From positions 104,720,001 to 104,784,000 of the forward strand of contig NC_086108.1 of assembly GCF_963921235.1 (NCBI RefSeq): a DNA stretch of 64,000 bases, read 5' to 3'. Positions within the stretch are counted from its first letter, which is position 1. The number at the start of each line of letters is the position of its first letter. Below are positions 48,890 through 61,564 of the stretch, piece by piece. The notes beneath the pieces were generated by a model. It did no database searches. It saw only the letters and a program-made list of their open reading frames with translations, and was not told the DNA's origin. Made by a program: the position numbers and the translations under genes. The DNA comes from Mobula hypostoma (Eukaryota).

Positions 48890-50165
48890 ATCACAGGGCA
48901 TGGGTTGAGAATCAGAGGACAAAAGTTTGGGGGTAACACGAGGGGGAACTTCTTTACTCAGAGAGTGGTAGCTGAGTGGAACGAGCTTCCAGCAGAAGTG
49001 ATTGAGGCAGGTTCAATGTTGTTGTTTAAAGTTAAATTGGATAGATATATGGACAGGAAAGGAATGGAGGGTTATGGGCTGAGTGCAGGTCGGTGGGAAT
49101 AGGATAGGGTAAGAGTTCGGCACGGACTAGAAGGGCCAAGATGGCCTGTTTCCGTGTTGTAATTGATATATGGTTATATGGTTTGCCCCGCTACAGCATT
49201 TGCATCTATTAGGAACGATAAACAAAAAGCTGACTGATCTCAGTGGGTCAGGCAGCGTCTAGGGAGGGAAATGGACAGTTGGTGTCTCAGGCCAAGACCC
49301 TTCATCAGGACTGGAAGGAAAGAGGGGAGAGCACCAGAACAAAAAGTGTGGGAGGAAGAGGTGGAGTTGGCGGGTGATGGTGATGCAGGTGAGTAGGGAA
49401 CTGCAGAGATCGTAGACATATGAGGAGTGTTTGATGGCTCTGGGCCTGTACTCGCTGGAGCTTAGAGGAATGATGGAAGATCACAATGGAAGCCACTGAA
49501 TATTGAAAGGCCTAGATGGACTGGACATGGAGAGGATGCCACCAGTAGCTGGGGAGTCCAGGACCAAAGGACAGAGCCTCAGACTAGAAGGACTTTTCTT
49601 TGGAACAGAGATTAGGAGGAATTTCTTTAGCCGGAGGGTGGCGAGTCTGTGGAATTAATTGCCACAGACAGCTGTGGAGGCCAAATGATTGGGTGTATTT
49701 AAAGCAGAGATTGATAGGTTCTTCATTAGTAAGGATGTCAAAGGTTATGAGGAGCAGGGAGGAGGATGGTGTTGGGAGGAAAAACAAATCAACCATAATT
49801 GTATAGAGGACCTATTTATACTCTCCTGGGGCATGCTCTCTTCTCATTTCTACCACTGGGAAGGAGGTACAGGAGCCAAAAGACTCGCAGTCAATGCTGC
49901 TTCTCCTCTGATATCAGATTTCTGACCGGTCCATGAACACTACCTCACATTTTCTCCTACATTCTATCTATCTGTCTATCTGTCTGTACTAAATATCTGT
50001 TTATTTGTCTGTCTGTTTGCTTATTTGTCTATTATCTATCAATCTTGTTTTTTTGTTTATTTATTGCTGCTTGCATTAAATTTTGTGTCTGGCACTGTAC
50101 TGCTGCCACAGAACAATAAACTTCATGACATATGTCAGAGATAATAATCCTGATTCTGACTCTGT
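48890..50165. mobile_element. Cluster: CR1 3' end (+, 48890-49182), PLE terminus (-, ~49220-49400), CR1 (+, 49415-49810), Rex1 tail (+, 49815-50165)
   Basis: FFTQRVVAEWNELP; reverse CAGTCCTGATGAAGGGTCTTGGCCTGAGAC; GVFKAEIDRFF; CCTGATTCTGA tail. Confidence 0.75.
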
Positions 50166-50274
50166 CTATGTCACATCCCTCTAGGTACACTTGCTATGGT
50201 TTTATTTAATTGAATGTTCACCCTAGCTCTACCATAATTAAGCTAATAGAGTACACACTATCCAGTCCTTAATG

Positions 50275-50790
50275 AAGATTGTTATAGCTGAATGTGGTAA
50301 TGGGGACAAGCTCACACTGCCTATTAAATGCTCCCAGTGGTGCGCACCTCAAATAGCCTCTGACAGCTCCTGGCCTTCATGTGTGGCCTAGCTACTAAGC
50401 CTAGCAGAACCGTTTCTACCAACAGGAAAGGGGCAAAGGTGGGTCAGTGGTGCCTTAAAACCAGTTGCTTCTGGCAGATGGGGCTCGTCGGCCACAGTTG
50501 GCAGCTCTTCTAGAGAAGGAAGGAAAACTCTGATCTTAAACTTCTCTTTCCTTGCAACTGTACCCAATCATGGGGAAGGCTTCGAGAGTAAACCCCGAGG
50601 GAAAAATCTGGAAGTGAAGTCCTGCAGGCAGTCCTGCATTGAGTTCAATGCTGACTGACAATTCCTGCGACATTGCTGGTGCCACAAACTGTATCATTCT
50701 CTGCTGTTCCTTGGGTTAAAGAGATGTGTGGAGAGGTGGAGCTTGCTTTCTATATCAAACTGTCCTGGATTGCAAGATATGGTTGACCCT
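50275..50790 (+). mobile_element. Older copy of the 27345-27923 element
   Basis: Shared blocks CCTCAAATAGCC.CTGACA, GGTGCCTTAAAACCAGT, GGAAAACTCTGAT, GAGTAAACCC. Confidence 0.8.
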
Positions 50791-51229
50791 GACCAAAAGA
50801 GGGCCCTCAATGAATACCACAAAATATTTCATTTTTATCACTATCTTGAAAAATACTTGATGCAACTTCCTCCATACATATTTAAAGTCAGATTTCTTTA
50901 AGAACTTGATATGGCACTCTGATGATGTCTTGCCATCCCAACTCTTCATGTTCATTTATGCACGTCCCATGAGGTAAAGTCATGCTGTCGTGAGGGAAGA
51001 TGCGACAGCCCATCTTTACAGAGCGAGATTCCACAAAAGTGATGGGACATGAGCAGTTTATCTGTTTTATTGGTGGGGTTGATTGAGTATCATTCCTGGG
51101 ACATGGAAAATGGAATTGAAATTGGTTTATTATTGGTACATGTACTGAGATACAGTGAAAAGCTTGTCTTGCATCCTGTTCACCCAGATCAGATTCTTAC
51201 ACAGTGCATTGAGATAGAATAAGGTAAAA

Positions 51230-51970
51230 CATAGTCATAGTCATAGTCATAGTCATACTTTATTGATCCTGGGGGAAATTGGTTTTCATTACATTTGCAC
51301 CATAAATAATAAATAGTAATAGAACCATAAACAGTTAAATAGTAATATGTAAATTATGACAGTAAATTATGAAATAAGTCCAGGACCAGCCTATTGGCTC
51401 AGGGTTTCTGACCCTTCAGGGGAGGAGTTGTAAAGTTTGATGGCCACAGGCAGGAATGACTTCCTATAATGCTCTATGCTGCATCTCGGTGGAATGAGTC
51501 TCTGGCTGAATGTACTCCTGTGCCCACCCAGTACATTATGTAGTGGATGGGAGACATTGACCAAGATGGCATGCAACTTAGACAGCATCCTCTTTTCAGA
51601 CACCACCGTCAAAGAATCCAGTTCCATCCCCACAACATCACTGGCCTTACGAATGAGTTTGTTGATTCTGTTGGTGTCTGCTACCCTCAGCCTGCTGCCC
51701 CAGCACACAACAGCAAACATGATAGCACTGGCCACCACAGACTCGTGGAACATCCTCAGCATCGTCCAGCAGATGTTAAAGGACCTCAATCTCCTCAGGA
51801 AATAGAGACGGCTCTGACCCTTCTTGTAGACAGCCTCAGTGTTCTTAGACCAGTCCAGTTCATTGTCAATTCGTATCCCCAGGTATTTGTAATCCTCCAC
51901 TGTGTCCACACTGACCCCCTGGATGGGAACAGGGGTCACCGGTACCTTAGTTCTCCTCAGGTCTACCACC
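51230..51970 (-). mobile_element. Young Rex1/Babar-type LINE, 5'-truncated
   Basis: Open frame ...YKYLGIRIDNELDWSKN...GQSRLYFLRRLRSFN...SFLPVAIKLYN; AATAAA and (TATGAC)n tail at 51230-51258. Confidence 0.92.
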
Positions 51971-53294
51971 AGCATGCAGAATGCAGAATGCAAAACAAGA
52001 ATGCAGAATAAATTGCAACAGCTACAGAGACAGTGCAGCACAGGATCCTAATGAGGTAGATTGTAAGGCCAAGAGTGCATGTTATCGTACAAGAGCTCCT
52101 CTCCACACCCACTCTATCTAGGCCTTTTGCCTTTGGAATCTGGATTCAATTCCCATGCTGTCTGTAAGGAATTGCGTGTTCTCCCTGTGACTCTCCATCG
52201 GCTTCCTCTCAGTGCTCTTGTTTCTCCCCAGATTGCGAAGATGTACGGTTCATGGCTAATGAGATGTGATCATGCTATGCTGGCTCAGGAAGCATGTCGA
52301 CTTTTGCAGGCTGCCTCCAGCACAGTCCCTGGATGGTTGTTGATGCAAAACGATGCATGTCACTCTATGTTTCGATGCACATGCCATAAATAAATGAATC
52401 TGAATCTGATATTGCATCTTTACTGGTATTGGTAATAGCTTATTATTCACATATACTGAGATACAGTGAAAAGCTTGTCTTGCATATTGTTCATACAGAT
52501 CAGATCATTATAGCGTGCATTAAGGTAGAACAAGGTAAAACAATAACAATGCAAAATAAAGTGTTAACAGCTGTAGAGAAGGTGCAGTGCAGGTAAACAA
52601 TAAGGTGCAAGATCTTAACAAGGGAGATTATGAGGTCAAAGGTCTATCTTATTGTACTAGGGAACTATTTAATTAGCTTATAACTCCAGGGTAGAGACTG
52701 TATCATCTGCCCAGTGGAAGAGGAAAGAAGAGAGAGTCTGCATTGGGTTTGGTCTTTGATTGATGGATGGCTTCTTGCTGTTTCCTAACATACTGAGATA
52801 AGGACAGAAGCACGTAAGCAGTAGCAGCTGGATTTAGACATCCCACCCTTCAAACCTGTTCTGCCTTTAAATAAGATGCTCTTCCTTAGCCAGTGTATAA
52901 CATATCAGACAAAAAACAGGTCATGCATCAGGATATCAACTTGAAACCCCAACATACTGAAAATCTTTTGTCTCCACAACCACAGTTTGACTCACTGAAT
53001 TCTTCCAGCATTTCTTGTGCCAGATTCCAAGATCAGCACTGTTACAACTTAAGACTATGAAGGCCATGATGGAACTTTATAAAACTTTGTCTAGCACACA
53101 GCCGAAGTATTGTGTACAGTGGAAAGATGTGATGGTGCTGAAGTGGATGCAGAGGTGATTCACCTCTGAATGGATGCAGTGGATCATGACCTGCTTGCCT
53201 GGGATGGCGCTTTTTAATTCTGAGGAGAAACAGGATGGATTGAGACTTGGGAGACTGCAGATGCCGGAATTTGAAGCGGCACCAAAAAAAAAAA

Positions 53295-53750
53295 GATTCA
53301 TAAGACCATAAGATACAGGAGCAAAATTGGGCCACTTGGTCCATTGAGTCTGCTCTGCCATTCCATCATGACTGATTTATTATCCCTGTCAAACTCATTC
53401 TCCTGTCTCCTCCCTGCAACCTTTGATACCATTACTAATCAAGAATCAATCAGCCTCCACTTTATATATACCTAATGACTTGGCCTCCACAGACATCTGT
53501 GGCGATGAATTCCACAGATTCACTAACCTCTGGCTAGAGAAATTCCTCCTCATCTCTGTTTTAAGGGAACATTCTTTTATTCCGACGCTGCGCCCTGTGG
53601 TCCTAGACTCTCCACAACTAGAAACATCCTCTCCACGTCCACCTTATCTTGGTTTTTCAATATTCGATATGTCAGTGACTATCTTCTAAACTCTAGCAAG
53701 TACAGGCCCAGAAGCAACAAATGCTCGTCATATGTTAACCCTTTCATTCC
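53295..53750 (-). mobile_element. CR1 3' fragment
   Basis: MKGLTYDEHLLLLGLYLLEFRR and CR1 3' UTR. Confidence 0.8.
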
Positions 53751-53793
53751 TCTCTGCTTTGAAGTATTCCAACAGAATCTCCTGCCTCTGTGA

Positions 53794-53825
<32 letters not shown>

Positions 53826-53826
<1 letters not shown>

Positions 53827-54570
53827 TGTGTACCTACGTCTACTGATGCTTCTGGACACACCTTCAGTGATGTTCCTGGAATCATCGGGTGTTTCGGGTC
53901 TTTCAACATCATACAACCTCCTCCAGGTGACCCAGCCGGGGCTGATCAGACCCCAGCTTGTGTCCAGATGGCTGGCTACTTATGACTCCATGGCTCCCCT
54001 CTTTTGAGTCACAGCCATCTTGAGGCCCTCTCTGCCGCATCGGTGCTACTGCGGATGGCTCTCCTCTTCCTCTCTCCCTCGATGTCCAAAATGCTGAAGG
54101 CTCTAACTAAGGAACGGGCTACGAATCCCCTACAACCAACCTCCACTGGGCTTGCAGCTTCCTATCAACCCCTCCCTTCGCCGTTGCCTCCAGAATTTGG
54201 TTAACACCTTCATCAAACTGCTTCCACAGTGAAGTCATGTTATCTGCAGGCCATTTGATCCACCTCCTGTTAGACTTCATGTTAGGGGGATTAGTTTGCA
54301 ACACTTGGAGGTTCCGGGCACTATGGGGTGACTCCAGGCCTGGCCCCTCCTTCGTCTCACCAGGTTGAACGCCTGCGCGTTGTGCTGCTCCTGCGCATTG
54401 TGCTGCTCCTGCGCCAAACACTTCACCTTCGCTTGGTGGATCTTCAAGCCACGATCGTTCTTGCAGATTTTGCCACATGCACACTGCTTCCTCATCGTCG
54501 TTTGTTCATTGCCTGGGTCTGATGTCGTTGTGTGCGAAGAGAGAGGAGAGAGAGGGGAGAGATATTCCAC
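53826..54570 (-). mobile_element. Internally deleted HERO-like (R2-group) non-LTR element
   Basis: N-terminal CACGKICKNDRGLKIHQAKVKC and RWIKWP...GGVDRKLQ joined to C-terminal PVEVGCRGFVARSL...AAERASRWL. Confidence 0.8.
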
Positions 54571-54809
54571 ATTATGAAATCTTAGTTCCTATAAAAGCTC
54601 ATCTTTGGTACCACTGTGTTAAAATTCAGTGTTTACCTGTGTGTGTAATGTAAGCCTGAACTGAGGAAAACAATTGTACTGTTGCTGTCAAAGAAAATTG
54701 CCAAATGCCTTGATATTAACAACAACACACATCTGACTGAAGCAAATATTCAAATCCTAGCCACAGGCATTATGACAGGATGTGCAAAAGAAAAGATACC
54801 TCTGCATAA

Positions 54810-55726
54810 ATTGGCCAGCTAATACTTGTTAGGAACCCCCTGTCCCCGATAAAGTGGCCACTGAATGGATGTTCATGGTCTTCTGCTGCTGTAGCCCATC
54901 TACTTCAAGGCTCGATGTGTTGTGTGTCCAGATGTGCTCTTCTGCACACCAGAATCCGAATCAGAATCAGTTTTAATATTACCAGCATATGTTGTGTTAA
55001 CTTTGTGGCAGCAGTACAATGCAATACCCGATAATAGAGAGAAAAATATGAATTACATTATATAATTGTTAAATTAAATAAGTAGTGGAAAAAATAGGAA
55101 ATAGAAAAGTAGTGAGATCGTGTTCATGGGTTCATTGTCCATTCAGAAATCGGATGGCAGAGGGGAAGAAGCTGTTACTGAATTGTTGAGAGTGTGCCTT
55201 CATGTTTCTGTACCTCTTTATTGATGGTAGCAATGAGAAGAGGGCATGTCCTGGGTGGTGGGGGTCCTTAATGATGGATGCTGACTTTCCGAGTCCCCAT
55301 TCCTTGAAGATGTCTTGGATACTGACACCTTCCTGTCAGCTTGAACCAGCCTGGCCATTCTCCTCTGACCTCTCTCATTAACAAGGCATTTTCACCCACA
55401 GAACTACTGCTCCCTATGCTCACTGGATGTTTTTTTTTTGTTTCTCGCACCATTCTCTGTAAACTTGAGAGACAGTTGTGCGTGAAAATCTCAGGAGATC
55501 AGCAGTCTCTGAGATCCTCAGACCACCCATCTGGCACCAACAATCATTCCCCAGCCAAAGTCAGCTGGATCACATTTCTTCCCCGTTCTAATGTTAGGAC
55601 TGAACAAAAACTGGTCCTTTTAACCGTGCCTCCATGCCTTTATGCATAGAGTTTCTGTCACATGATTGCCTGAACAAATTAGGTACATTAACGAGCAAAT
55701 GCACCTAATGATGTGGTCACTGAGTG
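54810..55726. mobile_element. Second Tc1-type MITE copy, interrupted by a minus-strand Rex1 3' fragment (~54950-55320)
   Basis: Body matches 22290-22821 (GTTCATGGTCTTCTGCTGCTGTAGCCCATC, TCTGGCACCAACAATCATTCC); right end GTGGTCACTGAGTG-TA. Confidence 0.8.
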
Positions 55727-56269
55727 TAAGAAACAAACTCGACTGCAGACTCCACCTTCCGCTGTGCTGATAGACCTCCATTTACTTTATTTTGTTTTTT
55801 CTGGCTTTGAGACCTTGGAGGATTTAACTTCCACCCGTTACTTCTGTTTTACTTGACTGACATTAGCTAACTCAGTGGGAGTGACAGCAACAGCAACTGA
55901 AGAATTTCTTGTTCTCTTCTCTCCGTTGACAGGTCTGAGTCTTTTCGCATCCCTTGCTGATCCATCAAAGAATTTGCCTCGGCTGCAAACCTCAAAGGAA
56001 CCCTTTCATTTTGTGGCAAGTTAAACACTTTTATTGCCATGTGCTTGATTCCTTTGAATGCGGTTTGCCCAGTTAATGCCCGATTTTAAAGTTCTAAGTT
56101 CAAGGTTCAAATTTACTCTCAAAGGACCAGATGGTTCGAAATTGCACACTACAGTTAACCAAATAATTCAGGTATTGGGGATATGGATGCAAGTCCAGGG
56201 GATTAAAGAGGCTGTTGTTGGCATGGATGGTGGTGAAAACAGAGATGTATAGCGAATGCAGTTTTCCAT

Positions 56270-57635
56270 AATAAGATATAGGGGCAGAATTAGGCCACTT
56301 GGCCCATCGAGTCTGATCCCGCATTTCATCATGCCTGATCCAATTATCCTCAGCCCCAATCTCCTGCCTTCTCCCCATATCCCCTCATGCCCTGACCCAT
56401 CAAACTCTGCCTTAGATATACATAACGATCCTGGCCTCCACAGCTGCCTCTGGCAAAGAATTCCAAATTCACCGCTCTCTGGCAAAGGATATTCCTCTTC
56501 ATCTCTGTTATAAAAGGATGTCCCTCTATTCTGAGCATGTATTCTCTGGTCTTAGGCTTTTGCACCACAGGAAACACCCTCTCCACATCTACTCTATCAA
56601 GGCCTTTCACCATTCAATGGGTTTCAATGAGGTCACCCCTCATTCTTCTGAATTCCAGTGAATACAGGCCTAGAGCTATCAAATGTTCTTCCTATGACAA
56701 GCCGTTCAATCCTGGTATCATTTTCATGAACCTCCTTTGAACCCTCTGCAGTTTCAGCACACCCTTCCTAAGATAAGAGGCCCAAAACTGCGCACAATAC
56801 TTCATGTGAGGCCTCACCAGTGACTTATAAAGTCTCAACATTACATCCTTGCTTTAATGTTCTAGTCATCCCGAAATGAATGCTAACATTGCATTTGCCT
56901 TCCTCACAACAGACTCAACGTGCAATTCAAAGGCAGATGAAATGTAATGTAAATAAATGTAAAATATTATATATAGGAAGTAGAAATATTTGATACAAAT
57001 ATACAATGAAGGGGTCTTGAGTTAGAAAGTGCAGTGTATGAGAAGGATTTGGGTGTCCTGGTAGACTCATCATATCAACATCTAGTCAAGGCACATAAGC
57101 AATTATGAAAGCTAATCAAATGCTGGGATATATAATGCCCTCAGTGATGTTCAAGTCTAGAGACGTTCTCCATAAGCCTTATAAAATGGTTGTGAGGCCA
57201 CATCTTGAATACTGTGTACAATTTTGGTTTCCGTATTTTGTGAGGCATGAGAGGCACTGGAGGGAGATCAGAGAAGAGTGACGAGACTCATTCCAGGTTG
57301 GCAGGGTATGAAGAAAGATTGAGAGAATTAAAGCTTTTTAGCCTAAGTAGATACAGAATGAGAGGAGACAAGACAGAAGTGTTCAAAATCATTAAGGGTA
57401 TAAGGAAGGTGGCTGCCAGCTACTGCTTAAAAATTAATCCGTCAATGAGGACACAGCGCCACAGGTGGAGACTGGTTAAAGGGAGATCTCAAACTAACAT
57501 CAGGAAACATTTCTTTACACAGAGTTGTGGATACATGGAACAAGCTACCTACTTATGTAGTTGAGAGTAGTACCAAAGAAACTTAGAGTCCTTAGAGTTC
57601 AAATCTAAACTCGATAAGTATTTCAACATACTATA
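56270..57635. mobile_element. Two CR1 fragments (- 56270-56930; + 56930-57635)
   Basis: MVKGLDRVDVERVFP (minus); YEERLRELKLFSL...IRKHFFTQ (plus). Confidence 0.8.
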
Positions 57636-57639
57636 CGTA

Positions 57640-60600
57640 GAAACATAGAAAATCTACAGCACAATACAGGCCCTATGGCCCACAAAGCTGTGCCGAACAT
57701 GTACTTACCTTAGAAATTACCTAGGATGACCCATATCCCTCTATTTTTCTAAGCTCCATGTACCTGTCTAGGAGTCTCTTAAAAGACCCTATCATTTCTG
57801 CCGGCAGCCCATTCCACACACTCACCACTCTCTGTGTAAAAAATTTACCTCTGACATCTCCTCTGTACCTACTTCCAAGCACCTTAAAACTGTGCCCTCT
57901 CGTGCTAGCCATTTCAGCCCTGGGAAAAAGCCTCTGATTATCCATGTGATCAATGCTTCTCATCATATTGTACACCTCTATCAGATCACTTCTCATCCTC
58001 CATTGCTCCAAGGAGAAAGGGCCGAGTTCACTCATCCTATTCTCATAAGGCATGCTCCCCACTCCAGGCAACAGCCTTGTAAATCCTGTAGTGAGACAAC
58101 CAGAATTGAGCACAGTACTCCAAGTGGGGTCTGACCAGGGTCCTATGTAGCTGCAACATTACCTCTCGGCTCTTAAACTCAATCCCATGATTGATGAAGG
58201 CCAATACACCATATGCCTTCTTAGCCACAGAGTCAACCTGCATAGCAGCTTTGAGAGTCCCTCTGTGACCCCAAGGTCCCTCTGATCCTCCACACTGCCA
58301 AGAGTATTACCATTAATACTGTAATCTGCCATCATATTTGACCTACCAAAATGAACCACCTCACACTTATCTGGGTTGAACTCCTTCTGCCACTTTTCAG
58401 TCCAGTTTTGCTTCCTATCAATTTCCTGCTGTAACCTCTGACAGCCCTCCACTCTATCCACAACACCCCCAACCATTGTGTCATCAGCAAACTTACTAAC
58501 CCATCCCTCCACTTCCTCATCCGATCCTTTATAAAAATCACAAAGAGTAGGGTCCCAGAACAGATCTCTGAGGCACACACTGGTCACCGACCTCCATGCA
58601 GAATATGACCTGTCTACAACCACAGTTTGCCTTCTGTGGGCAAGCCAGTTCTGGATCCACAAAGTAATGTCCCCTTGGATCCCAATAAGCCTTGCATGGG
58701 GTACATTATCAAATGCCTTGCTGAAATCCCTATACACTACACTTACTACTCTACCTTCATCAATGTGTTTAGTCACATCCTCAAAAAATTCAATCAGGCT
58801 CATCAGGCACGACCTGCCTTTGACGATTCCTAAGCATATTATGACTCTCCAAATGTTCATAAATCCTGCCTCTTATGGTCTTATTCATCAACTTACCAAT
58901 GACTGAAGTAAGACTCACTGGTCTATAACTTCCTGGGCTCTCTCTACTCTCTTTCTTGAATAAGGGAACAACATCCGCAACCCTCTAATCCTCCGGAACC
59001 TCTCCCGTCCCCATTGATGATGCAAAGATCATCGTCAGAGACTTAGCAATCTCCTCCCTCACCTCCCACAGTAGCCTGGGGTACATCTCATCCGGTTCCG
59101 GTGACTTATCCAACTTGATGCTTTCTAAAAGTTCCAACACATCCTCTTCCTTAATAGCTACATGCTCAAGCTTTTCAGTTTGCTCTGTCCTCCCTACAAT
59201 CGCCAAGATCCTTTTCCATAGTGAATACTGAAGCAAAGTATTCATTAAGTACCTCTGCTATCTTCTCTAGTTCCATACACAGTTTTCCACTGTTACACTT
59301 GATTCTCACACATCTTATCCTCTTGCTCTTCACATACTTGTAGAATGCCTTGGGGTTTTCCTTAATCCTATCCACCAAAGCCTTCTCATGGACCCTTCTG
59401 GCTCTCATAATTTCATTCTTAAGCTCCTTCCTGCTAGATCTCTATCATTGCCTAGTTTTTTGAACCTTTCATAAGCTCATCTTTTCTTCTTGACTAGATT
59501 TACAACAGCCTTTGTACACCATGGTTCCTGTACCCTACCATCCTTTCCCTTTCTCATTGGAACATACTTATGCAAAACTTCATGCAAATATTCCCTGAAT
59601 ACTTGCCACATTTCTTCTATACATTTCCCTGAGAACATCTGTTTCTAACTTATGCTTCCAAGTTCCTGCCTGATAGCCTAATATTTCCCCTTATTCCAAT
59701 TAAATGCTTTCCTAACTTGTCTTTTCCTATCCCTCTCCAATGCTATAGTAAAGGAGATAGAACTGTGATCACTATCTCCAAAATGTTCTTCCACTGAGAG
59801 ATCTGACATCTGACCAGGTTCATTTCCCAATACCAGATCAAGTACAGCCTCTCCTCCTGAAGGCTTATCTACATATTGTGTCAACAAACCTTCCTGAACA
59901 CACCTAACAAACTCCATCCCATCTAAACCCCTCACTCAAGGGAGATGCCAAACGATATTTGGGAAATTAAAATCTCCCACCACAACAACCTTGTTATTAT
60001 TACGCCTTTGCAGAATCTGTCTCCATATCTACTCCTCGATGACCCTGTTACTATTGTGTGGTCTATAAAAAACACCCAGTAGAGTTATTGACCCCTTCCT
60101 GTTCCTAACTTCCACCCACAGAGACTCAGTAGACAATCCCTCCATGACATCCTCCTTTTCTGCAGCTGTGACACTATCTTTGACCAACAGTGCCATGCCC
60201 CACCTCTTTTGCCTCCCTCCCTGTCCTTTCTGAAACATTTAAAGCCTGGCACTTGAGGTAGCCATTCCTGCCCCTGCACCATCCAAGTTTCTGTAATAGT
60301 CACAACATCATAGCTCTGAGTACTGATCCACGCTCTAAGCTCATCCACATTGTTCATAATACTCCTTGCATTAAAATAGACACATCTCAAACCATCCGTC
60401 TAAGCACGTCCCTTCTCTATCACCTGCCTATCCTCCCTCTCGCACTGTCTCCACACTTTCTCTACGCTTTCTCTATTTGTGAGCCAACCTCCCCTTCCTC
60501 CATCACTTTAGTTCGGTTCCCACTCCCCAGCAATTCTAGTTTAAACTCTCCCCAGTAGCCTTAGCAAACCTACCCGCCAGGATATTGGTCCCCCTGTGAT

Positions 60601-61490
60601 TCGAGTGCAACCTGTCCTTTTTGTACAGGTTACACCTGCCCCAAAAGAGGTCCCAAGTAACCTGAATCCCTGCCCCCTGCTTCAATCCCTCAGCCACGCA
60701 TTTATCCTCCACCTCATTCTACTCCTATACTCACCGTCACGTGTCACAGGCAGTAATCTCAAGATTACTACCTTTGAGGTCCTGCTTCTCAACTTCCTTC
60801 CTAACTCCCTGTACTCTTCTTTAAGGACCTCCTCCCTTTTCCTACCTATGTCGTTGGTATCAATATGTACAATGACCTCTGGCTGTTCTCCTTCCCACTT
60901 CAGGATATCGTGGACACGATCAGAAACATCCCAGACCCTGGCACCTGGGAGGCAAACTACCATCCGCGTTTCTTTCCTGCATCCACAGAATCACCTGTCT
61001 GACCCCCTAACTATAGAGTCCCCTATCACTGCTGCCATCCTCTTCCTTTTCCTACCCTTCCGAGCCACAGGGCCAGACTCTATGCCTCTGTTGCTTCCCC
61101 CAGGTAGGACATTCCCCCCCCCCCCAACAGTAATCAAGCAGGTTTACTTATTGTTAAGGAGAAACAGCCACAGAGGTACTCTCCAGCATCTGCCTCTTGC
61201 CCTTCCCTCTCCTGACTGAAGGCTGGAAGTCTCCAGAACTTCCCACATCTGACACCAAGCACAGAACACCGGCCTCACACACATACTTCCTGTCTGTATT
61301 CTACACAGATAACCTAGCTCACCTCGATCTGTTATCGTGAGCCTTCCTATTCTGTCTCCCTCTACTCCATCACCCGCTCTGTACAGCTGTCTCCTTTTAA
61401 ACTCTTCTCACTATTCTGACTGGCTGTTGTCCACGCGCTTGCACAGTCATGCCCTGATCAAACTGCTGAAGAAATAACCGCTGAATAAGA
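57640..61490 (-). mobile_element. Near full-length degenerate CR1 LINE (second subfamily)
   Basis: ORF1 CLPGARV...VHIDTNDIG (60682-60963); APE CVYFNARSI...ITETW; RT DFSKAFDNVPH, SKFADDT; 3' tail at ~57640. Confidence 0.95.
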
Positions 61491-61564
61491 ATTTGACAAG
61501 CTTTGTTGGGCCAAATGGCCTGTTCTTGTCAAAATCTTTCTAATGTTCTAATGTTCTAATTAAC

